From NCBI GenBank assembly GCA_036519775.1, contig DATDKT010000093.1:17-64016 (forward strand): a DNA stretch of 64,000 nucleotides, read 5' to 3'. This stretch comes from Rubrobacteraceae bacterium (GTDB lineage: Bacteria > Actinomycetota > Rubrobacteria > Rubrobacterales > Rubrobacteraceae). Under the pieces are notes generated by a model that was not told the origin of the DNA, made no database searches, and saw nothing but the letters and a program-made list of their open reading frames with translations. Within the stretch, counting starts at the first letter, position 1, and every line of letters begins with the position of its first letter. This document shows, one piece after another, positions 1 through 9,842 of the stretch. The position numbers and the translations under genes are program-made.

Positions 1-25
1 CACGACGCTTTCGGCAGGTCTGTTA

Positions 26-274
26 TTGGCCCCTTCGGCTCATCACAGGCTCTTGTGGCGCCGGCACGCCAGGGAGCGCCGCCTGCGAGTGGCGAACCGG
101 TTCGCAATCACGGGCATGATACTGCGTGCGCTGGCCATGATGGGAACCGTGTTCGTGATCACCGACGTCTTGTTCGGCTCGATCTCCGCCTCCGTGGTGG
201 CCGTCCTAATAGCCGCCTTCTTCCTCTACGTGTGGTTCGTAGTCCCGATCTGGTATCGCCTGAACGGGGAGTAG
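26..274 (+). CDS. hypothetical small membrane protein
   Basis: 82-codon ORF. The C-terminal two thirds are strongly hydrophobic (ITGMILRALAMMGTVFVITDVLFGSISASVVAVLIAAFFLYVWFVV). No family recognised and the start is uncertain. Confidence 0.35.
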   Translation: MAPSAHHRLLWRRHARERRLRVANRFAITGMILRALAMMGTVFVITDVLFGSISASVVAVLIAAFFLYVWFVVPIWYRLNGE

Positions 275-472
275 CCCTCCGGGAGACCCTCTGAGTAAGC
301 AACGACTCCGGGGAGCGGCTAGACGCAGACCAGGGACGGAAATGGCCCGAAAGGTGCATAGCGGCTGATTGCTAGAGGTGGTACTATCTTGGACGACACT
401 GCACCACGGGTAGGAGGAAAGGGTCCGATGGATTAGGATTCCTATAACCCACCACACGTTAGGTGTTGTGGA

Positions 473-534
473 CCGGGCCGGTGGCCGCTCAGATGGGGGC
501 GGCAGAACATACCGGCCCGGATTTTTGTTTTTTT
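473..534 (+). terminator. intrinsic (rho-independent) terminator, plus-strand orientation
   Basis: 10-bp perfect outer stem ccgggccggt (473-482) / accggcccgg (511-520) with inner gccgc/gcggc pairing. It is followed by atttttgttttttt (521-534). Confidence 0.6.
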
Positions 535-570
535 AGTTCCCAGCTTTGGCTGAGAGCTGATAGCTGAGTG

Positions 571-2304
571 CTAATAACCCGAAGGGCGAGTAATCGCGCC
601 TTCGGAGGCGGAGGAGACGAGCGCGGCGTACTTGGCGAAGACACCAGTTTCGTAGCGGGGTTGGGGGTCCTTCCAGTCTCTCAGGCGGTCTTCTATCTCC
701 TCGTCCGGGAGCGCAACCGAGAGGATGCGATTCTCTATGTCGAAGGTGACGGTGTCGCCTTCCTTTAGCGCCGCGATAGGTCCCCGGTGCGCCGCTTCGG
801 GGGCGACGTGGCCGGCCATGAGGCCGCGGGTAGCGCCGGAGAAGCGGCCGTCGGTAAGGAGGGCGACAGACTCGCCGAGGCCCTGACCGACGATAGCCGC
901 GGTGACGCCGAGCATCTCGCGCATGCCGGGGCCACCTTTGGGACCTTCGTACCGGATTACCACGACGTCGCCCTCGACTATCTGGCCGCTCTGGGCGGCC
1001 TCCATCGCCTCTTCCTCGGACTCGAAGACGCGGGCAGGGCCTTCGTGACGCAGCCGGGTGTAGCCCGCCACCTTGACGACGCAGCCCTCGGGGGCGAGGT
1101 TGCCCTTGAGTATCACGAGCCCACCGGTTTCCCTCAAAGGGCTCTTAACGGAGACGATCACGTCCTGCCCCGGCGCCTCTTCGGCCTCCTCGACCTCCTG
1201 GGCTATCGTGCGGCCGGTGGGGGTGAGCTGGGAGCCATCTACAAGGCCGCTCTCGACTAGGCATTTGCCGAGGAACCGAGTGCCGCCGGCGCGGTCCAGG
1301 TCCACGGCGGTGTAGCGGCCACCGGGCTTGAGGTCGGCGATTATAGGGGTACGGTCGCTCACCCGGTCGAAATCGTCTATGTCGAGCGGTACGCTCGCTT
1401 CACGGGCGATGGCCAGGAGGTGCAGGACCAGGTTCGTAGAGCCGCCCGTCGCCGCCCCAGACGCGATAGCGTTCTCGAACGCTTCGCGCGTCAGGATATC
1501 CTGTGGCGTCAGGCCTCGGTGCAGCAGGTCCATCGCCAGCCTCCCGGCCTCGACGCAGACCTCGTCCTTGCGCGGGTCGTTTGCGGGGGGGCTCGCGGAG
1601 CCCATCGGCGAGAGGCCCAGGAACTCCAGGACCATCGCCATTGTGTTGGCGGTAAACTGCCCACCGCAGGCCCCGGCGCCGGGGCACGCGTGATCTTCTA
1701 TCTCTCTCAGGTCCTCGTCGCTCATGTGCCCGGCGGCGTTGGCGCCAACGGCCTCGAAGACCTCCTGAATAGTCACGTCGCGGCCCTTGAAGCGTCCCGG
1801 GGCGATGGAGCCGCCGTAGACGAGGCAGCCCGGCACGCCGAGCCTCACGAGGGCCATCGCGGCGCCAGGCAGCGTCTTGTCGCAACCGACGATGGAGACC
1901 ACGGCGTCGAAGAAGTGGCCGCGTCCGACGAGCTCGATGGAGTCGGCGATCACCTCGCGACTCACCAGGCTCGCCTTCATCCCCTCGGTGCCCATCGTGA
2001 TGCCGTCCGAAATGGCGATGGTGTTCAGCTCCATCGGGGTGCCTCCGGCGGCCCGGACCCCCTCCTTCACGCGCTCGGCGAGGCGACGCTGGTTATAGTT
2101 GCAGGGCATCGTCTCGATCCAACTGTGCGCCACCCCTATTATCGGCTTGCTCAGGTCTTCTTCGGAGTAGCCCATCCCTTTGAGAAAGGATCGGGCTGGG
2201 GCGCGATCACGGCCTTCGAGGATGGAACGGCTCTTATGACGGGCGTCGGTGATCTCCACAGTCTCTCCTTCTATCAGTTTGAGGAACTTCTCTGATCGGA
2301 GCAT
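571..2304 (-). CDS. ilvD: dihydroxy-acid dehydratase
   Basis: 577-aa ORF with full-length IlvD/Edd family similarity, including the Fe-S ligand motif VGCDKTLPG and the C-terminal GATRG region. Confidence 0.95.
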   Translation of the reverse strand: MLRSEKFLKLIEGETVEITDARHKSRSILEGRDRAPARSFLKGMGYSEEDLSKPIIGVAHSWIETMPCNYNQRRLAERVKEGVRAAGGTPMELNTIAISDGITMGTEGMKASLVSREVIADSIELVGRGHFFDAVVSIVGCDKTLPGAAMALVRLGVPGCLVYGGSIAPGRFKGRDVTIQEVFEAVGANAAGHMSDEDLREIEDHACPGAGACGGQFTANTMAMVLEFLGLSPMGSASPPANDPRKDEVCVEAGRLAMDLLHRGLTPQDILTREAFENAIASGAATGGSTNLVLHLLAIAREASVPLDIDDFDRVSDRTPIIADLKPGGRYTAVDLDRAGGTRFLGKCLVESGLVDGSQLTPTGRTIAQEVEEAEEAPGQDVIVSVKSPLRETGGLVILKGNLAPEGCVVKVAGYTRLRHEGPARVFESEEEAMEAAQSGQIVEGDVVVIRYEGPKGGPGMREMLGVTAAIVGQGLGESVALLTDGRFSGATRGLMAGHVAPEAAHRGPIAALKEGDTVTFDIENRILSVALPDEEIEDRLRDWKDPQPRYETGVFAKYAALVSSASEGAITRPSGY

Positions 2305-2348
2305 AACACCGTTCGAACGAACGGGCGCTCTATTTTTTGGCTGTACTT

Positions 2349-2354
2349 TAGAAT
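2349..2354 (+). promoter_or_regulatory. candidate -10 box (TAGAAT) placed for a leaderless transcript of the DMT transporter gene
   Basis: TAGAAT at 2349-2354, then a 6-nt non-SD spacer (ggtcgc) before the GTG at 2361. The -35 is weak. Confidence 0.35.
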
Positions 2355-2360
2355 GGTCGC

Positions 2361-3242
2361 GTGAAGCCTCTCTCCGACGCCCGCGTCGTTCTGGCCCTCG
2401 GGGCGACTGGTTTTTTCTGGGCCTCGGCCTACGCCGGCATCAGGGACGCCTTGGAGGTGTTCGGGCCGGGAGAGGTGGCGCTCGCGCGCCTGCTCGTGGC
2501 CGCCGTGGTGCTAGCACTGTACGCGGTCGCGACCGGGATGCGGCTGCCGGAGGCGAGGGATCTGCCGGTGGTCTTCCTGGCAGGGTTTCTAGCGTTCGCC
2601 GTCTACCACGTGGCGTTGAATTATGGGGAGATCACAGTCAGCGCCGGGGCGGCGGGGGTGTTGATAGCCACCGCTCCCGTCTTCACCGCGTTGTTGGCGA
2701 CCGCCTTTTTAGGGGAGAGGCTAAGGTCGTTGGGTTGGGCCGGTATGGCGGTGAGCTTTGTGGGGGCGGCCCTGATTTCCCTGGACGAAGGAGGAGGATT
2801 CGCCCTGGACCCGGGGGCGTTCCTGATCCTGCTCTCCGCCGTCTGCGTGAGCGTGTACTTCGTCTTTCAGAAGCCGTACCTGGCGAAGTACGGAGCGCTG
2901 CCCTTTACGACCTACGCGATCTGGTCAGGCACGCTCTTTACGCTCCCCTACCTGCCTGGGCTCTTTTCGCAGAGCCTGACGGCCCCCGCCGGGACGACCC
3001 TCGTTCTGGTCTATCTCGGCCTCTTTCCGACGGCCCTCGGGTACGTTACCTACGCCTACGCCATGTCGCGCATGGACGCCTCGGCCGCCGTCAGCTTCCT
3101 CTACCTGATCCCGGTCCTGGCGTACCTGATCGGATGGGCCTGGCTCGGCGAGGTCCCCATGCCCCTCTCCGTCCTCGGTGGCCTCCTGGCCCTCGCGGGC
3201 GTCGTGCTCGTGAACCGGCGGGGGCGCAAGAGCGACCGGTAG
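2361..3242 (+). CDS. EamA/DMT-superfamily transporter
   Basis: 293 aa, about 10 hydrophobic helices, with the two-repeat EamA-like organisation typical of drug/metabolite exporters. Confidence 0.85.
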   Translation: MKPLSDARVVLALGATGFFWASAYAGIRDALEVFGPGEVALARLLVAAVVLALYAVATGMRLPEARDLPVVFLAGFLAFAVYHVALNYGEITVSAGAAGVLIATAPVFTALLATAFLGERLRSLGWAGMAVSFVGAALISLDEGGGFALDPGAFLILLSAVCVSVYFVFQKPYLAKYGALPFTTYAIWSGTLFTLPYLPGLFSQSLTAPAGTTLVLVYLGLFPTALGYVTYAYAMSRMDASAAVSFLYLIPVLAYLIGWAWLGEVPMPLSVLGGLLALAGVVLVNRRGRKSDR

Positions 3243-3281
3243 TAAAATCCCGGACGAACGAAGAGAGGAGGGTCAGGAACG

Positions 3282-3791
3282 ATGGATGAGCCTAGCACTC
3301 AGCCCCTAATACACCCTGAAACCCGTATCGGACACGTCCACCTGAAGGTAGCCGACATCGAGCGTGCTTTGGGCTTCTACCGCGACCTGTTGGGGTTTGA
3401 GGTAACCCAGTGGTATGGCGAGGACGCCGTCTTCCTCTCCGCCGGAGGCTACCATCACCACATCGGCCTCAATACCTGGGCCGGCCGCGGTGTTCCGCCC
3501 GCTCCCCAGAGGGCGGCGGGCCTCTTTCACCTCGCCATACTTTACCCCGAGCGGCGCGAGCTGGCAAAGGCGCTCAGAGGCCTCATCGACGCAGAATATC
3601 CCCTGGACGGCGCCTCCGACCACGGCGTCTCTGAAGCCCTTTATCTCCGCGACCCGGACGACAACGGGGTAGAGCTGTACTGCGACCGTCCACGCGAGGA
3701 GTGGCCCCACGACAGAGACGGGGGCCTGGCGATGGTGACGCGACCGCTGGACCTCGAGGGGCTTCTCGCGGAGCTGGAAGCGCCGGGCTAG
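3282..3791 (+). CDS. VOC-family protein (glyoxalase / ring-cleavage dioxygenase fold)
   Basis: 169 aa. The N-terminus IGHVHLKVADIERALGFYRDLLGF and GGYHHHIGLN are typical of VOC/catechol-dioxygenase-like proteins. An SD (gaggagg) lies upstream. Confidence 0.8.
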   Translation: MDEPSTQPLIHPETRIGHVHLKVADIERALGFYRDLLGFEVTQWYGEDAVFLSAGGYHHHIGLNTWAGRGVPPAPQRAAGLFHLAILYPERRELAKALRGLIDAEYPLDGASDHGVSEALYLRDPDDNGVELYCDRPREEWPHDRDGGLAMVTRPLDLEGLLAELEAPG

Positions 3792-3826
3792 GGGCGCGAG
3801 GCCAGCTCTTCGGCCGGCTCAGCTAG

Positions 3827-5677
3827 TCACTCGCAGGGCGCGTAGCGGCCCGGCCACAACGAGCGTACGAAGCACGCGAGGGGAGGTCCGCCGGTACCGG
3901 GCAGCTTCTGGCGTGTTTTCTGGGGCGTGCCCTGGCGCGCGGCTCCGGCCCCCTGGCCGACGGAGGCCGCCGGCTCATTGCTGCGCGGGTCCGTGGCGGC
4001 GAGGCGTTCCCCGGTCTCGGGATCTACGCCGGCTGCCTGGACGCGCGGGAGCTTGGCGTACTCGCCCTGGCGCTCTTTCCCGGACTTTATCTCGTGCCCG
4101 CGGACGGCGAGCCCGGCCTGGGCCTGCGGCGTCACGCGCCCCTGCTCGATGGTCATCTTCGTGCCCGCAGGTTCGTCGATCCGCTCGGCGTCTATCGCCC
4201 GGGCCGGGTCGAGCCCGTAGTCGACGGTGTTCACGACGGCGAGGAGGGAGCCCATGATTATCTGCGCGCCGCCGGCCGCGCCGACCACGAGGACGGGGAT
4301 CCCATCCTCGACCACGATGGTCGGGCTGATAGAGGAGCGGGGACGCTTGCCGCCTTCGGGCTCGTTGGCGGAGCCGGGCTCGCCGAAGTCGGTGAGTTCG
4401 TTGTTGAGGAGGATACCCGTACCGGGAGGGACTACGGCGCTGCCGAAGGTCTGCTCGATGGTGCAGGTGAGCGCCACGGCGTTGCCGGCGGCGTCGATGA
4501 CGGAGAGATGCGTGGTGCTGCCCCCGGAGTCCTCGCCCGAGCCGGAGGAGGTCTCCGCCTCTCCGAGGTCGCCCGGCCTGTAGGAGCCGGCCTTCTCGGG
4601 GTTTATCTCGGCCCTCCGGCTCTCGGCGTATGCTTCGTCGGTTAGCTCCTCGGTCGGCACGTCTTCAAAGTCGGGGTCGGCGACGCGCTCGTCTCGGTCG
4701 GCGAAGGCGAGTTTCTGGGCCTCGGCCAGGAGGTGTAGGGCCTCCGCCGAGGACTGGCCCTCGGCGGCCAAATCGAAGTCTTCGAGGATGTTTAGCATCT
4801 CTATTACGGCGATGCCGCCGGAGGTCGGAGGGGGCATCGCCAGGATCTCGCGTCCCCGGTAGTCGCCGACGAGCGGCTCGCGCCACACGGCCCGGTAGCC
4901 GGCGAGATCTTCCCCGGTCATGAGCCCTTCGTCCCCTTGAAGATCGCCCGCGTTCTGCATGTCCTCGGCTATGCGGTCCGCTATCTCGCCGTTGTAGAAG
5001 GCGTCCGGCCCCTCCCTGGCGATGAGATCCAGGGTTTCGGCGAGCTCGGGTTGTACGAGGGTCGAGCCCGGTGGGTAGGGCTCCTCGCCGCTTACGAGGA
5101 ACTGCTCCCTGGTCTCCGGAAAGAGCTTCAGGCGCGAGACGTGGTTGCCCATCTCCTCCGAGAGGGATTCGGGCACCTCGAACCCCTCGCGAGCGAGTTG
5201 TTCGGCGGGGGCGATAGCGTCGGCCAGGCTTATGGTACCGTAGCTCTCGAGCGCGGCCTGCATCCCCGCCACGGTCCCCGGGACGCCGACGGTGGTGTGC
5301 CCGGTGAAGATCTTGTGCAGGCCCTGCCCGCCGAAGGTCTCGGGTGTGATAGCGGCGGGGGCCGTCTCTCGGAAGTCTAGCGCTGCGGTCTCGCCGCTCG
5401 CGTCGCGGTAGACCAGGAAGCCGCCCCCGCCGACGCCGCAGGACTGGGGGCGGGTGATGCCGAGGGCAAAGGCCGTCGTGACCGCCGCGTCCATCGCGTT
5501 GCCGCCCGCGTCGAGCACCTGGAGACCGGCTTCGGAGGCGGCGGTGGATTCGGAGGAGATCACACCACCGCCGCTCCTGACGACCTCCTCGTACCGCGAA
5601 CCCTCGACCGCCGACGCGCCGCCCGCGATCACGAGCATCACCAGCACCGTCGTCGCGGCGGCAAGAACTCGCCTCAT
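3827..5677 (-). CDS. ggt: gamma-glutamyltransferase
   Basis: 616 aa with a signal-peptide-like N-terminus. The autoprocessing/nucleophile region GGSTTHLSVIDAAGNAVALTCTIE and the PTIV...GAAGG motifs are present. A C-terminal tail of about 45 aa extends past the usual end. Confidence 0.9.
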   Translation of the reverse strand: MRRVLAAATTVLVMLVIAGGASAVEGSRYEEVVRSGGGVISSESTAASEAGLQVLDAGGNAMDAAVTTAFALGITRPQSCGVGGGGFLVYRDASGETAALDFRETAPAAITPETFGGQGLHKIFTGHTTVGVPGTVAGMQAALESYGTISLADAIAPAEQLAREGFEVPESLSEEMGNHVSRLKLFPETREQFLVSGEEPYPPGSTLVQPELAETLDLIAREGPDAFYNGEIADRIAEDMQNAGDLQGDEGLMTGEDLAGYRAVWREPLVGDYRGREILAMPPPTSGGIAVIEMLNILEDFDLAAEGQSSAEALHLLAEAQKLAFADRDERVADPDFEDVPTEELTDEAYAESRRAEINPEKAGSYRPGDLGEAETSSGSGEDSGGSTTHLSVIDAAGNAVALTCTIEQTFGSAVVPPGTGILLNNELTDFGEPGSANEPEGGKRPRSSISPTIVVEDGIPVLVVGAAGGAQIIMGSLLAVVNTVDYGLDPARAIDAERIDEPAGTKMTIEQGRVTPQAQAGLAVRGHEIKSGKERQGEYAKLPRVQAAGVDPETGERLAATDPRSNEPAASVGQGAGAARQGTPQKTRQKLPGTGGPPLACFVRSLWPGRYAPCE

Positions 5678-5889
5678 ATTCTGATCCTCCCCGGCTCGGT
5701 GGCCCCCTTCGCCCGACCGCGCGGGCGTTCCCCTGGAGCGAATATTACCCCTGCCGCGTTCTTCGGGGCAACAGGAGAGGGGCCCGGCTTGTAAGGAGGG
5801 GGGAATCGTGCCGGCCCGGTAACGCTACTACTTTGCCCCTACAACAAAAGCTAAAAACACGGGAAAGCTCTGGGTTCCGGCGCCGACCG

Positions 5890-5918
5890 TTGGTTATTAT
5901 GCCGGACCGGCATAAAAT
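5890..5918 (+). promoter_or_regulatory. candidate sigma-70-type promoter, leaderless geometry
   Basis: TTGGTT (5890-5895), 17-nt spacer, TAAAAT (5913-5918). The ATG at 5925 lies 6 nt after the -10 box and there is no SD. Confidence 0.45.
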
Positions 5919-5924
5919 AGTGGT

Positions 5925-6143
5925 ATGGGCCTGGAAGGAATCGGTAAGCTGCTCATCGGCGGGGCGGTCGTGCTGCTCGTGCTCGGCGGCATCTTCCTTT
6001 TGCTCGGGTGGTTCGGGCTCGACCGGCTGCCGGGCGACCTGATCTTCCGGCGGGGAAGCTTCACCGTCTACGCCCCGATAGGGTTGATGATCCTGCTCTC
6101 CGTTGTGGGCACGGTCCTGCTGAACATCTTTCTGCGGCGCTAG
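5925..6143 (+). CDS. DUF2905-family small membrane protein
   Basis: 72 aa with two hydrophobic helices flanking LPGDLIFRRGSFTVYAPI, the pattern of DUF2905 proteins that commonly sit next to queA. Confidence 0.75.
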   Translation: MGLEGIGKLLIGGAVVLLVLGGIFLLLGWFGLDRLPGDLIFRRGSFTVYAPIGLMILLSVVGTVLLNIFLRR

Positions 6144-6153
6144 GCGCTGAAGC

Positions 6154-7173
6154 GTGCTGACCCGAGAACTCTACTACGAGCTACCCGAAGAGCTTATCGC
6201 CCAAAGGTCCGCCGAGCCGCGTGACTCCTCGCGCCTCATGGTCGTGGATGTACGAGAGAGGAGCATCGCCCACCACGCTTTCCGCGACCTGCCCCATTTC
6301 TTGGGGCCGGGCGACACGGTCGTGGTGAACGAAACGAAGGTTTTGCCGGCCCGCGTGCTCGCACGCCGTCCCGGGGGGGGAGCGTCGGAGCTTCTGTTTC
6401 TGCGGAGCTTGAACGCAGATGGCGGGTACGGGGGCGATGTCTGGGAGGTCCTGGTCCGGCCGAGCCGGCGTCTAAGGGGCGGGATGGTCCTCTCGGCAGG
6501 CGGCGACAAGCTTCGCATCGTGAAGCCTCTGGAGGAGGGGCGGTGGGTCGTCGCCGGGGAGAACGTACGCGGGATGTTGCGCAGGCGCGGCCACGCGCCG
6601 CTGCCGCCATACATAAAGGCGACGCCCGAGACCGAGAGGGAGTACCAGACGGTGTACGCTCGCGATGAGGGCTCCGCCGCCGCCCCAACCGCCGGGTTCC
6701 ACTTCACTGAAAGGGTGCTGGGTGAGGTGGAGGAGGCGGGGGCAAGGGTCTCACGCGTCACCCTCCACGTAGGGGTCGGAACGTTCTCACCGGTGAGGAC
6801 CGAAAGGCTCGAAGATCACCGGATGCATGCCGAATACTACCGCGTGCCCGCAGAGACGGTGAGGGCCCTCGAGGACACTAGGCGCGTGCTCGCGGTGGGT
6901 ACCACCGTCGCCCGGACCCTGGAGAGCTGGGCGGCGACGGGGGCCTTAGAGGGAGAGTCTGAGCTGTTCATCTACCCGGGCTACCGCTGGCAGGCGGTGG
7001 ACACCCTTTTGACAAACTTTCACCTGCCACGCTCGACCCTGCTCGCGATGGTGATGAGCTTCGCTGGCAAGGAGCTGGTTCGGAGGGCATACGAGGCCGC
7101 GGTAAGGGAGCGCTACCGCTTCTTCTCCTTTGGGGACACGATGCTGCTCTTGAACGGCGGGAGGACGAGATAG
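6154..7173 (+). CDS. queA: S-adenosylmethionine:tRNA ribosyltransferase-isomerase
   Basis: 339 aa with full-length QueA similarity, including TNFHLPRSTLL and GDTMLL near the C-terminus. Confidence 0.95.
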   Translation: MLTRELYYELPEELIAQRSAEPRDSSRLMVVDVRERSIAHHAFRDLPHFLGPGDTVVVNETKVLPARVLARRPGGGASELLFLRSLNADGGYGGDVWEVLVRPSRRLRGGMVLSAGGDKLRIVKPLEEGRWVVAGENVRGMLRRRGHAPLPPYIKATPETEREYQTVYARDEGSAAAPTAGFHFTERVLGEVEEAGARVSRVTLHVGVGTFSPVRTERLEDHRMHAEYYRVPAETVRALEDTRRVLAVGTTVARTLESWAATGALEGESELFIYPGYRWQAVDTLLTNFHLPRSTLLAMVMSFAGKELVRRAYEAAVRERYRFFSFGDTMLLLNGGRTR

Positions 7174-8318
7174 GGGCGCCGGTCTCCATAGAGGTCACCG
7201 CCCGCGACGGCGAGGCCCGGGCGGGTCTCCTGCGCACCCCACACGGCAACGCTCCGACGCCGACCTTCATGCCGGTGGGGACAAAAGGGTCCGTCAAGGG
7301 ATTGACCCCCGCCGACCTGCGTTCGGCGGGGGCCGGCATCGTGCTCGGCAACACCTACCACCTGTATCTGAGGCCCGGCCCGGATCTCATCCGGGAGGTG
7401 GGCGGGCTGCACGGGTTCTCGGGTTGGGACGGGCCAATGCTCACCGACTCGGGCGGCTACCAGCTCTTCTCGCTCGCGCACCGACGCAAGCTCTCCGAAG
7501 AGGGCGTCGAGTTCTCCTCGGTCTATGATGGCTCGTCGCACTTCTTCACCCCGGAGCTCACGACGCGGGTGCAGGAGGACCTCGGAGCGGACATTGCGAT
7601 GGTCTTCGACGAGTGCCCGCCCGCCAACGCGAGCCGCGAGTACCACGAGGAATCATTAGGGCGGACGGCCCGGTGGGCGAAGCGGTGCAAAGAGGCGCAC
7701 ACTAGGGAGGATCAGGCGCTCTTCGGGATCGTGCAGGGCGGGCTCTACCCGGACCTGCGCAAGGAGAGCCTGAGGCGCACGGTCGGGCTAGACCTTCCCG
7801 GCTACGCGGTCGGGGGCCTGAGCGTCGGGGAGTCGCGGGAGGAGATGCTCGCGACGCTAGGGGTCGTGGCGCCAGAGCTGCCCGCGGAGAAGCCCCGGTA
7901 CTTCATGGGAATAGGGGACCCGCTCGGCATTTTGCAGGTCATAGCTCTGGGGGTAGACATGTTCGACTGTGTCCTACCAACCCGTCTCGCACGCCACGGG
8001 ACGGTGCTAACGAACGGCGGGCGAATAAACCTCAAGAACGCCGGTTACCGGAGACAGCTCGGTCCCCTGGACCCCGAGTGCTCCTGCGAGGCATGCGCCG
8101 GCAGCTACAGCCGGGCGTATCTCTCGCACCTGGTACGAGAGAACGAGCTGTTGGCCCACCGGCTCGTGACGCTGCACAACGTCCACTTTACCGGAGAGCT
8201 GTGCCGGCGGGCGCGAGCGGCGATAGAGGAGGGGCGCTTCGAGGAGTTTATGGGGGCCTGGAGCTCACGTTACGCCGGTCCTGCGGACGGTGGGCGGTCT
8301 TTAGGCCCCGCTCCATAG
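7170..8318 (+). CDS. tgt: tRNA-guanine transglycosylase (queuine tRNA-ribosyltransferase)
   Basis: Tgt motifs are present: FMPVGT, GGLSVGE, DCVLPTR and the Zn site CSCEAC. The first canonical start is the ATG at 7269. The in-frame upstream codons encode the conserved N-terminus SIEVTARDGEARAGLLRTPHGNAPTPTF, so the real start is probably non-canonical (ATA 7170 or 7188). The 5-prime end is uncertain. Confidence 0.85.
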   Translation: MGAPVSIEVTARDGEARAGLLRTPHGNAPTPTFMPVGTKGSVKGLTPADLRSAGAGIVLGNTYHLYLRPGPDLIREVGGLHGFSGWDGPMLTDSGGYQLFSLAHRRKLSEEGVEFSSVYDGSSHFFTPELTTRVQEDLGADIAMVFDECPPANASREYHEESLGRTARWAKRCKEAHTREDQALFGIVQGGLYPDLRKESLRRTVGLDLPGYAVGGLSVGESREEMLATLGVVAPELPAEKPRYFMGIGDPLGILQVIALGVDMFDCVLPTRLARHGTVLTNGGRINLKNAGYRRQLGPLDPECSCEACAGSYSRAYLSHLVRENELLAHRLVTLHNVHFTGELCRRARAAIEEGRFEEFMGAWSSRYAGPADGGRSLGPAP

Positions 8319-8339
8319 GTGCTATTATCCGACCAAGAT

Positions 8340-9842
8340 ATGGTTAACCCTCGCAACAACTTCATCATCCTGGGTCTCGTGCTCGTCTTGATCGGGGCGG
8401 CCGCCTACTTCATCTTCATCCGGCAGCCGGTCGCCGAGGCGACGAGGCTCGGTTTGGACCTCGAGGGTGGCGTGACCGCGAACCTGCAGGGCTACAAGAC
8501 CGACGGCTCGGCGGTCACTCAGCAGGAGATGGACGTGGCCGCGGGTGTGATCCGCCAGAGGGTGGACTCTTTGGGTGTTACAGAGCCCGAGATACAGTTG
8601 CAGGGCCAAGATCAGGTCGTCGTCAACATCCCCGGCATCACCGATTCAGATCGGGCCGTCGAGGTCATCGGGCGCACCGCCCAGCTCGGCTTCTACGAGG
8701 TCCTCGCCTCCGCGGGCGGCCAACCCGTCCCCGAAGGGGAGATTGACGACACCAAAGAGGAACTGCAGGCCGAGCTCGAAGGGGACCCAGCTTACGAAGA
8801 GGGGGAGACCCAAATCCTCTTCGAGGAGTCACCCTCGCCGAAGGAGAGCGGGACCGTCGTCGCTGGCTACGTGCTCCCCAAGGAGCCCGGCTTGACGGGC
8901 GAGGCGCTCTCCTCGGCCACCGTGGCCCGGGATCAGCAGGGCAGGCGTGAGGTCCAGATGGAGTTAACGAGCGAGGGGGCCGAAGGGTTCGGCGACCTCT
9001 CCCAGGAGATAGTGGACAACGCCCTGGCCGAAGGGCGACCGGGGCGCGGGCAACTCGCCGTAATCCTTGACGAGGACGTGATCAGCGCGCCGGTGGTGGA
9101 GCAGCCGATCTACGGCGGGCAGGTCTCGATCAACAACCAGGGCCTCCCCGGCGGGCTTCCGCAGCAGGAGGCCGAGGAGCTCCAGGTCGTCCTGCAGACC
9201 GGCGCCTTGCCGGTGAACATGGAGGTCCTATCCGTTACCTCCATCGGACCCACTTTAGGCTCGGACTCCTTGAGGAGCGGGCTTTTGGCGGCGCTCGTGG
9301 GCTTCGGGCTCGTGCTGGTGTTCCTGGTCGTTATCTACCGCGTTCTGGGGCTCGTCGCGGACCTAGCGCTCCTCATCTACGCCTTCCTGCTCTGGGGGCT
9401 CATCGTCGCCATCCCGATAACGATGACGTTGCCGGGGATAGCGGGGATCGTGTTGAGCATCGGTGTCGCGGCTGATGCGAACGTGGTGATCTTCGAGAGG
9501 ATTAAAGAAGAGATTCGTCGTGGGAAGTCGCCGCGCACCGCCGTCGGCATCGGCTACCAGAAGGGCTTCGCGGCGATCCTGGACGGCAACCTGACGACGC
9601 TTATAACCGCCCTTATCCTCTTCGCACTCTCCAGCGGGTCCGTGCGTGGGTTCGCCGTATTGCTCGCCGTGGGCGTCACCTTGAGCATGTTCACGGCCGT
9701 CTCGGTCACGCGGGCGCTCCTGGGCGTCGTCGCGGGGCGCGGCGTGAAGCTCTCGCCCGGAATGACGGGCGTCTCGAAGAAGAGCCTCGATGAGGGGCGG
9801 TCCGCGAGGAAGGCCGGTAAGACCGGAGCGGGGGCACGCTAG
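8340..9842 (+). CDS. secD: protein translocase subunit SecD
   Basis: Full-length SecD similarity with the C-terminal 6-TM block. The ORF opens at the GTG at 8319. I prefer the ATG at 8340 because an extended -10 box (TGcTATTAT, 8320-8328) lies upstream of it. Confidence 0.9.
   Translation: MVNPRNNFIILGLVLVLIGAAAYFIFIRQPVAEATRLGLDLEGGVTANLQGYKTDGSAVTQQEMDVAAGVIRQRVDSLGVTEPEIQLQGQDQVVVNIPGITDSDRAVEVIGRTAQLGFYEVLASAGGQPVPEGEIDDTKEELQAELEGDPAYEEGETQILFEESPSPKESGTVVAGYVLPKEPGLTGEALSSATVARDQQGRREVQMELTSEGAEGFGDLSQEIVDNALAEGRPGRGQLAVILDEDVISAPVVEQPIYGGQVSINNQGLPGGLPQQEAEELQVVLQTGALPVNMEVLSVTSIGPTLGSDSLRSGLLAALVGFGLVLVFLVVIYRVLGLVADLALLIYAFLLWGLIVAIPITMTLPGIAGIVLSIGVAADANVVIFERIKEEIRRGKSPRTAVGIGYQKGFAAILDGNLTTLITALILFALSSGSVRGFAVLLAVGVTLSMFTAVSVTRALLGVVAGRGVKLSPGMTGVSKKSLDEGRSARKAGKTGAGAR

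Noticed and set aside
264-276. GGGGAGTAGCC, resembling the 5-prime core of the yybP-ykoY (Mn) riboswitch.
   Set aside because: It overlaps the stop codon of the small ORF. The matching 3-prime half-site lies only about 30 nt away, too close for the four-helix architecture, and there is no regulated gene downstream.
375-430. ggtggtac (T-box-like) and ggaggaaagggtccg (RNase P CR-I-like GAGGAAAGUCCG) motifs in the non-coding stretch before the terminator.
   Set aside because: For a T-box there is no downstream gene, and the motif lies about 90 nt from the terminator. For RNase P RNA the remaining about 110 nt are far too short, and the other conserved regions are absent.
1420-2295. Long ORFs antisense to or overlapping real genes. 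Examples: 1420-2295(+) in ilvD, 10043-10783(-) in secF, 13982-14764(-) in relA, 31622-32809(-) in alaS, 39659-40918(-) in ribBA/ribH, 55632-56405(-) in smc and 61737-62942(-) in trmD/rplS.
   Set aside because: They show Arg/Pro/Gly/Ala-rich composition and no family resemblance, and each lies opposite a well-supported conserved gene. These are typical stop-codon-poor artefacts of high-G+C DNA.
2310-2319. Perfect 10-bp palindrome cgttcgaacg 6-15 nt upstream of the ilvD start codon, in the ilvD / DMT-transporter divergent region.
   Set aside because: It is short, a single copy in the window, and I recognise no regulator motif. It could be an operator or a small 5-prime hairpin, but there is not enough evidence to call it.
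3827-3965. C-terminal tail of about 45 aa on ggt beyond the usual ...DPRS... end. It might be another frameshift or lost stop.
   Set aside because: All three frames stay open until the same region, so the sequence alone cannot distinguish a real tail from an error. No conserved element is disrupted.
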